Source: an uncultured Coriobacteriaceae bacterium
GTDB taxonomy: Bacteria > Actinomycetota > Coriobacteriia > Coriobacteriales > Eggerthellaceae
Reading direction: 5' to 3'
Assembly: GCA_902781245.1 (NCBI GenBank)
Contig: CACZIP010000001.1
Span: 1 to 27,990, forward strand
DNA length: 27,990 bases
A program made the position numbers and the translations under genes. Positions 22,944-27,990 of this stretch are shown here, in pieces; position 1 is the stretch's first letter, and every line of letters begins with the position of its first letter. The notes under the pieces are model-generated. The model was not told where the DNA came from. It did not search any database and worked only from the letters and a program-made list of their open reading frames with translations.

Positions 22944-24793
22944 TCACCATTATCGAGAGGAGAAAACTGTTCGAGAACTTCGCACAACAACTCTTCGACA
23001 TTTCCAGTGTAAACAAGGTCAGTCGCATGCGGATGAACGCCCATCCGTTTTAGGCTAAACGTATCGGGAATAATCCCCGTGCCCTGCTCGTATAAAAGCA
23101 CCATCGTGCAATCCGAAGCAATGCTCGCAATATCGCACAGACCGCTCCGGATGGAGACGAACCCACCCGCACGGTTGAGGAAATCAGCTATTTCGTCGAA
23201 TGGCACGCAGATTCCCAAAGTGCCCTCGATGGCCCCCTCATCCGTGCTGCAATTCGTGCAAACGCCATATCCGCGACCAATCAACGCACGGGCAAGCCGG
23301 TCCCAAAAGTCTGTATGCTCAAGCAATACTGAACTATAAGCATTGGCGTAGGGCGCAAGAACCACCGTCATGCCAGGTCGAAATCCAACACGTGAAAACA
23401 TATCCTCGGGAACAGGATGCTGCACGGGGGCGGCGAGATCGAGGGGCCCCTCGTAAAAGAAGTATTGGAACCTCATGCTGTTGAGGTGATGACGCCAAGG
23501 CGGGAAGTGCCCGTTCTCCTTTTTGGGCAGTATGTTTCTCACGAGTCGGCTTCCTAAATGCAAATCTGGCTTCATGTTCATGCGGCATCCACCGAAGAAG
23601 TCCCACGCCTTGTATAGAGCCAAGAGATCGTCGATTGGGCATGTCCGGATTCCATCAATTCCGAACAAAGCAGCGACATGGGCATCGGCTTTGCTTGATT
23701 TGCGCTTTTCTAGAAGCAAGGTGTAGTTCTCGATTGAGGAACACTTCAAGTACTCAGGCAACAAGGTGCAGAGCCAGAAGACATCGCCCGTGCCGCCGAT
23801 GCTTGTAATGAGCAAACCATCCCCGAGTTGTTGGCGAAGCTCGTAGCCAGCACACGCTTTCGAAAACTCTTCCTTCAACGTCGCTTCGTCATCGCCAAGC
23901 GACCGCGCAATACCCCAATCGAGAGGGATTTCATATATTTGGTCATCTCGGTAGCCCAGTTTTGCAAGACACCCGCGCATTGCGCGCGCATGCTTCTCGA
24001 CGACGATGATGATTGCATTTTCGTCATAAGGACAAAGAGCATGTTCCGGCAACTGACAGCGTAGCGACATCTCTACATTAAAGCCATCTTTTTCCGGATT
24101 GCTATCCAAGAGCCCCGCTACTTCGAAACCGCAATCTCTCAACGAACGGCAGATATCGCCTGCAAAGTGAGTCAACCCGAAAATGTATACGTTTTTGTCC
24201 GCGAATTGAGATGCGTTTTCCCTGATTGCTTGCACGATAGTACGCGAGCTTGCGTTCCACCATCCCCAGTTCACTGGTTTGGCGCAATAGATTCCATCCC
24301 GAACGAATTGCTCAAGCGTAATACCGCAGTTTCCAATCCATGCAGAACATGAATAGGGCTCTTCCAGAGAAACGACGATTACATCATCTGCAAACTGGAC
24401 TAAACGATAATACGCCAACAAATCGGCAAGATCATTTGCCTCGATATGCCTGAAGGTGATCTCGCAATCGCCAAACATTCGATGGCCGTTAATATCGATG
24501 CCAGCATCATCAGATATGAGAACGATGGCACGCCGATAGTATTGTTCGTTTACATATGTTCTCAGAGCATCGCCGAGCGCGATCCGATTCAACTGGTCGT
24601 TATCGGATGGCACGATAATCCAGCAATCATGCTCGGTAAGATCAAGCCTCTGTTTGAGCGCGCGCACAATCACGCGACCTCTATCAGCGCGACCATAATC
24701 GCCAGTAAGCTCATCTGGCGCTAAAAGTCTAACAGCGCCCCCCGAAGCTAGGTCAGCCGATTCCTCTGCTTCTTTTGCTTCATATTGCCTCAT
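22940..24793 (-). CDS. Multidomain putative GT-B glycosyltransferase (GT9/heptosyltransferase-like C-terminus) with central Rossmann-like module
   Basis: C-terminal ITSIGGTGDVFWL, VVLAPYA, FWDRLARALIGRGY, FVSIRSGLCDIA (GT9-like GxGD and xSGxxH/D patterns); central NVYIFGLTHFA...LDSNPEKDG. Start is uncertain (ATG 24793 or GTG 24826). Confidence 0.55.
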   Translation of the reverse strand: MRQYEAKEAEESADLASGGAVRLLAPDELTGDYGRADRGRVIVRALKQRLDLTEHDCWIIVPSDNDQLNRIALGDALRTYVNEQYYRRAIVLISDDAGIDINGHRMFGDCEITFRHIEANDLADLLAYYRLVQFADDVIVVSLEEPYSCSAWIGNCGITLEQFVRDGIYCAKPVNWGWWNASSRTIVQAIRENASQFADKNVYIFGLTHFAGDICRSLRDCGFEVAGLLDSNPEKDGFNVEMSLRCQLPEHALCPYDENAIIIVVEKHARAMRGCLAKLGYRDDQIYEIPLDWGIARSLGDDEATLKEEFSKACAGYELRQQLGDGLLITSIGGTGDVFWLCTLLPEYLKCSSIENYTLLLEKRKSSKADAHVAALFGIDGIRTCPIDDLLALYKAWDFFGGCRMNMKPDLHLGSRLVRNILPKKENGHFPPWRHHLNSMRFQYFFYEGPLDLAAPVQHPVPEDMFSRVGFRPGMTVVLAPYANAYSSVLLEHTDFWDRLARALIGRGYGVCTNCSTDEGAIEGTLGICVPFDEIADFLNRAGGFVSIRSGLCDIASIASDCTMVLLYEQGTGIIPDTFSLKRMGVHPHATDLVYTGNVEELLCEVLEQFSPLDNGE

Positions 24794-25163
24794 CGATATA
24801 ATATTCAATCCCTTCAAAGCGATCACGAATGCAGTTCACCGCATATGCAGTGGCTAACCCGGAAGGCTTTCTGTCGTTGATCAGAATTCGCTCCCCGCAA
24901 GGCGCATTCCAGATGATGCAATCGAAGCGCATCCCCTGATCCAAAAGGAACGACTCCGTTTGCTTGCGGTATTCTTCTGATCGAGCTGTAATGAGAACGA
25001 CCATGTCATCCTCACCGAGTTGGTTCAAAAACTCTCTCGCGCCCGGAAGCACCATATCCCCTTGCTCGGTTTTGTAACCGTTGTGTTTGACAAGCAACCC
25101 GTCGATATCGATAATCCACGTCTTCGGCAGGGCTGATAGCCTGAGAGCGTCATTTGAGCCCAT
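24780..25163 (-). CDS. Small capless HAD-superfamily phosphatase, 127 aa
   Basis: Motif I IIDIDGLLV, motif II ITAR, motif IV LINDRK; overlaps both neighbours. Confidence 0.8.
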   Translation of the reverse strand: MGSNDALRLSALPKTWIIDIDGLLVKHNGYKTEQGDMVLPGAREFLNQLGEDDMVVLITARSEEYRKQTESFLLDQGMRFDCIIWNAPCGERILINDRKPSGLATAYAVNCIRDRFEGIEYYIDEAI

Positions 25164-25761
25164 ATAGCCCCTTCTTCTCGCTTAAAAGAGCACCAATTGC
25201 ACCTCCGGGATGATTGCGGGCAAACTGCCCAAGCTCAACCCCCATCCTCTGCGCCACGAGAATCGCTATGCCCTGTAACACGAAAAGATTGACTATCGTG
25301 GAATTGTTGGGCATCACGTTCCACAAATCGCCCTCGTGCTCTAAATCCATCACAAGACGCTGGGGAACTAGGTCTCTCAATGTGCTCTCATGAGAATATG
25401 TGATGAGCCACTGGTCGACATGCCTTCCTTGGTCGTTCAGCTCTCGAACAAGCTCAATTGCCTCGAGTGTTTCTCCGCTCTTCGAGAGCACAATCAGAAC
25501 ATCCCCGTCCCTTATGCATCCCATGTCCCCATGAAATGCGCTGTTGGTATTCATGAACAAGGCATCCAAGCCCATCGAAATCATTGTTCCTGCAAACATT
25601 TCGCAGATGGGCACGTTCTTTCCCAACCCTGTGACAATAACTCGATGTCCATTATTAAGTGCGCAGGTCGCGTGATCGACGAGCTGTTCGAACAACTCGC
25701 TATCAATAGAGCTGATCGCATGGCGAATCATGTCAAGCTGCTCTTCGAAATAATCAATCAC
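25150..25761 (-). CDS. SIS-domain sugar-phosphate isomerase, KdsD/KpsF/GutQ (arabinose-5-phosphate isomerase)-like, no CBS pair, 203 aa
   Basis: VIVTGLGK, FHGDMG, VLSKSGETLE, PNNST, FARNHPGGAIG; ATGA coupling at 25758-25761. Confidence 0.85.
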   Translation of the reverse strand: MIDYFEEQLDMIRHAISSIDSELFEQLVDHATCALNNGHRVIVTGLGKNVPICEMFAGTMISMGLDALFMNTNSAFHGDMGCIRDGDVLIVLSKSGETLEAIELVRELNDQGRHVDQWLITYSHESTLRDLVPQRLVMDLEHEGDLWNVMPNNSTIVNLFVLQGIAILVAQRMGVELGQFARNHPGGAIGALLSEKKGLYGLK

Positions 25762-27296
25762 AAAACATCCTCCAAGTAGAACAAACCATTATAAAATGCC
25801 GCACAGATCGAGTCATAATCTGGCCATGCGTACGTTGTGAGAGAAAGCCAGATTATCGCATGAATCAGACGTATTTCCCTCGTATCCGATTCTGTAAGCT
25901 CAAAGAACTCGTCCTCGAGCTCCTCCCAGCCATTGGAAACGATGCTGACACACACCTCGCCCTCCGGCAGTCTTGTCTCTCTCGATCCATTCTTCCCACC
26001 TATATCCAAATTGAATCGCTTAAGGTTGAACTGATCGTAATTACCCACTATCGAATAGTACAGTTTTGCCCAATCGTAGCGTTCGTCGCCGTAAAGCTCC
26101 GTATGGCCGAAATAACCACGTGGATCAAGCATCACCGGAGTCCCATCAGCCCTGCGCATGATATTGGAGAACGTGCAGTCTCCATGAATCAACGCAAACC
26201 TTTCGCAGCAAATCGTCGAAATGAGTTGCTCGAATTCCCGCTCATGGAAGAAGATGTTTCTGCAAAGCTTTCCGTTGACGGTTATGACCTCGTCTTCTGA
26301 GTAGGGAATGAGCCTTCTCACCTTCGATAACCTGTCCATGGTTTTGATATAGTACGCTTCAATCACGCTCGATCGATCGGCTGGAACGGAATCGAGCGCG
26401 TGAAGATCACCCAAATCGCCAACGATCGCCTTAAGCAGCTGGCTCTTCTCCTCCCTACCGAGCTCAATCTCATGAACGCACCCTCCGATCAAACGCTCCA
26501 TACGCAATGGATCGAGCGAGCAGATTCTCGGAATAAAGCGAACTCCGTGAGACAAGACCTTTTCGTACCAGGCCCTTTCGCGCTTTGACAAGCGTCTTCC
26601 CTGCTCGTCAATTGGTTCTTTGATGACTACTTCTTCTTCGAAGGTCAGACGATTGAAGGGCCTCCATCTCGATGCGCATCTTTTCTCTGCATTTTCGAGT
26701 AACCCGTATTCAGCGATCCCAGCCACATCGAAGGGCGTCATGTCCATGCCACTATCTTTGAGCCAACGGACAAACTCCCCCGATGACGGAACATGAGAAA
26801 GTCTAAATTTTTCAGCGAACAGAAAAACCCCCGCAACACCGTGTTCGTCCGACCGTTCTTCAAAGAGCTCTCCATTTATAAACGACCATCTGCACGAAAA
26901 CGCTGACGTAACCCCAACGTAATCACGCTTTGCCGAGGAGCCTTCGCGATAATCTCTCGGCAAGCAGAACGCTTTTGACAAAAGCAAATCACTCCAGATG
27001 AGCAAGAACGGCTCTTTATCGGGAATAAGCTTCACGGCATCTCTAATACCTGCGCAAGTGCCCGCGCCCTTCGCATCAACAACCTGATAACTGACCTCGG
27101 CGAAGCAGGATAAGTATTCTCGCAACACATCCTTCTTGTAATCCGCGATAATAATGAATTGTTTGTCTGGATACTTCTTAAATAGATGAAACAGCAGCGG
27201 GAGATTATCGATGGGCACGAGAGCTTTTGGCTTGTTCCTTGTCAAATGACCCAATCGCGTACCCTTTCCTCCTGCCTGAACGATAATGTACTTCAC
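25758..27296 (-). CDS. Fusion of N-terminal sugar-phosphate nucleotidyltransferase (NTP_transferase) and C-terminal APH-like kinase, 512 aa
   Basis: VQAGGKGTRLGHLTRNKPKAL, LIWSDL; kinase motifs VVIKEP, IHGDCTFSN, MLDPRG, YDWAKL. GTG 27296 follows AAGGAGG. Confidence 0.85.
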   Translation of the reverse strand: MKYIIVQAGGKGTRLGHLTRNKPKALVPIDNLPLLFHLFKKYPDKQFIIIADYKKDVLREYLSCFAEVSYQVVDAKGAGTCAGIRDAVKLIPDKEPFLLIWSDLLLSKAFCLPRDYREGSSAKRDYVGVTSAFSCRWSFINGELFEERSDEHGVAGVFLFAEKFRLSHVPSSGEFVRWLKDSGMDMTPFDVAGIAEYGLLENAEKRCASRWRPFNRLTFEEEVVIKEPIDEQGRRLSKRERAWYEKVLSHGVRFIPRICSLDPLRMERLIGGCVHEIELGREEKSQLLKAIVGDLGDLHALDSVPADRSSVIEAYYIKTMDRLSKVRRLIPYSEDEVITVNGKLCRNIFFHEREFEQLISTICCERFALIHGDCTFSNIMRRADGTPVMLDPRGYFGHTELYGDERYDWAKLYYSIVGNYDQFNLKRFNLDIGGKNGSRETRLPEGEVCVSIVSNGWEELEDEFFELTESDTREIRLIHAIIWLSLTTYAWPDYDSICAAFYNGLFYLEDVL

Positions 27297-27403
27297 AAAC
27301 CTATACCTCCTTACCGGCATGCAATATGGCGCCCTGCTGCATTTCAGTCATGTAGCATCACCCCTCGCGCAATCAGGCTTCGCTTGGATTCGTTTGACGT
27401 CTT

Positions 27404-27988
27404 TTATTCCTTGCTGTATACATGTTTCCAGCCAGCCGCATCGAGCATCTGCTCGACGTCGGCGCGATATCCATCAGTTACCGACACCACCACAAGCGCA
27501 TCGCGCCTACATGGCACATCGGCGAGCGCCTGCACCCGATGCCCCTTGAACGCATTGGGATTGCCCTCCACGCTGCTCACGAGGAACCCTTCGATGGCGC
27601 GACCCTGATTCACCAGCGATTCAAACACATTGCCCGCGATGACGCCCGCTCCATAGACGTAAATCGCATTCGCCGTCTCAATCGCCGCTTGGGCCAGCGG
27701 TCCAAGCATCCCATGATGCAGATGCGCCTTCTGAGACTTGGCGAATACAATGTAAGCATCCAAAAGCTCGGTTCCTGCAAACCAAGCAGCAATGTCCACG
27801 TCGTCGGCAAGAAGCTGCGCGTGCTGGCGCACAAGAGCGTCGTAGATGCGCGCGAGGTTGCGATCCGCCGCCTCGCTCTCGAATCCCCGCTCCTGCATAA
27901 AGCGCCCCATATGGCAGAACCCCTGGAAATACGACGCAAAGTTTTTCAACGTGGGTTTAGTGGTCATAACTGAACCCTCACGATAACG
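27404..27988 (-). CDS. C-terminal part of a probable GT2 glycosyltransferase with C-terminal Rossmann-like module (partial, runs off right edge)
   Basis: The frame stays open to the window edge and reads RYREGSVMTTKP, the typical GT2 YRxRxGSxM motif, so ATG 27967 is probably internal. C-terminal AIYVYGAGVIA...FKGHRVQAL...DALVVVSV. Confidence 0.65.
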   Translation of the reverse strand, partial: RYREGSVMTTKPTLKNFASYFQGFCHMGRFMQERGFESEAADRNLARIYDALVRQHAQLLADDVDIAAWFAGTELLDAYIVFAKSQKAHLHHGMLGPLAQAAIETANAIYVYGAGVIAGNVFESLVNQGRAIEGFLVSSVEGNPNAFKGHRVQALADVPCRRDALVVVSVTDGYRADVEQMLDAAGWKHVYSKE

Positions 27989-27990
27989 TC

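Noticed and set aside
25150-25761. Kdo/LPS biosynthesis, and a suspected loss of the catalytic lysine in the SIS protein
   Set aside because: No kdsA/B/C or lipid A genes are in the window. On re-alignment the Lys of GLGK matches the essential KdsD Lys (GMGK), so it is retained; only a later, less critical Lys position is Met.
46-27973. Long antisense or alternate-frame ORFs (46-630, 2194-2901, 9224-9931, 11376-12083, 14642-15325, 27422-27973 and many shorter ones)
   Set aside because: All lie within well-supported genes, have no motifs or RBS, and are the expected shadow ORFs of GC-biased codon usage.
1-27990. CRISPR array, IS or transposase, integrase/invertase, tRNA or rRNA, strong rho-independent terminators
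   Set aside because: No spaced direct repeats, terminal inverted repeats, recombinase motifs or structural RNA signatures were seen, and the intergenic gaps lack a convincing stem plus U-tract.

Overview
This window is the interior of a large ABC-transporter-dependent (Wzm/Wzt) cell-surface glycan biosynthesis and decoration locus that runs off both edges. The layout is a + block (2-7979), a - block (8018-15334), one lone + gene (15544-17622) and a second - block (17716-27990). Many genes are translationally coupled (ATGA overlaps at 82, 10170, 22940, 25758). Recognisable parts are wzm, two convergent wzt paralogues (the + copy lacks its 5' end), a UDP-glucuronate decarboxylase, GT2, GT8-like and GT9-like glycosyltransferases, a NodU/TobZ-type carbamoyltransferase, an SGNH protein, a choline-kinase-like protein, a CotH-family lipoprotein, and an SIS isomerase / small HAD / nucleotidyltransferase-kinase trio. 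The most unusual content is in four places. (i) A CBS-like + Cys-SGNH-like + CitC-like fusion could be a CoA-independent acylating enzyme. (ii) Two giant fusion proteins (1206 aa and 892 aa) share an N-terminal chassis and may carry the two halves of a split ribofuranosyltransferase plus a cytidylyltransferase/LicD pair. (iii) One small Rossmann-like module is grafted onto at least seven different enzymes. (iv) An intact wzt sits tail-to-tail with a headless wzt carrying a different C-terminal domain. All domain calls are from motif recognition by eye; no database searches were run. I saw no rRNA, tRNA, CRISPR array, transposase or recombinase.
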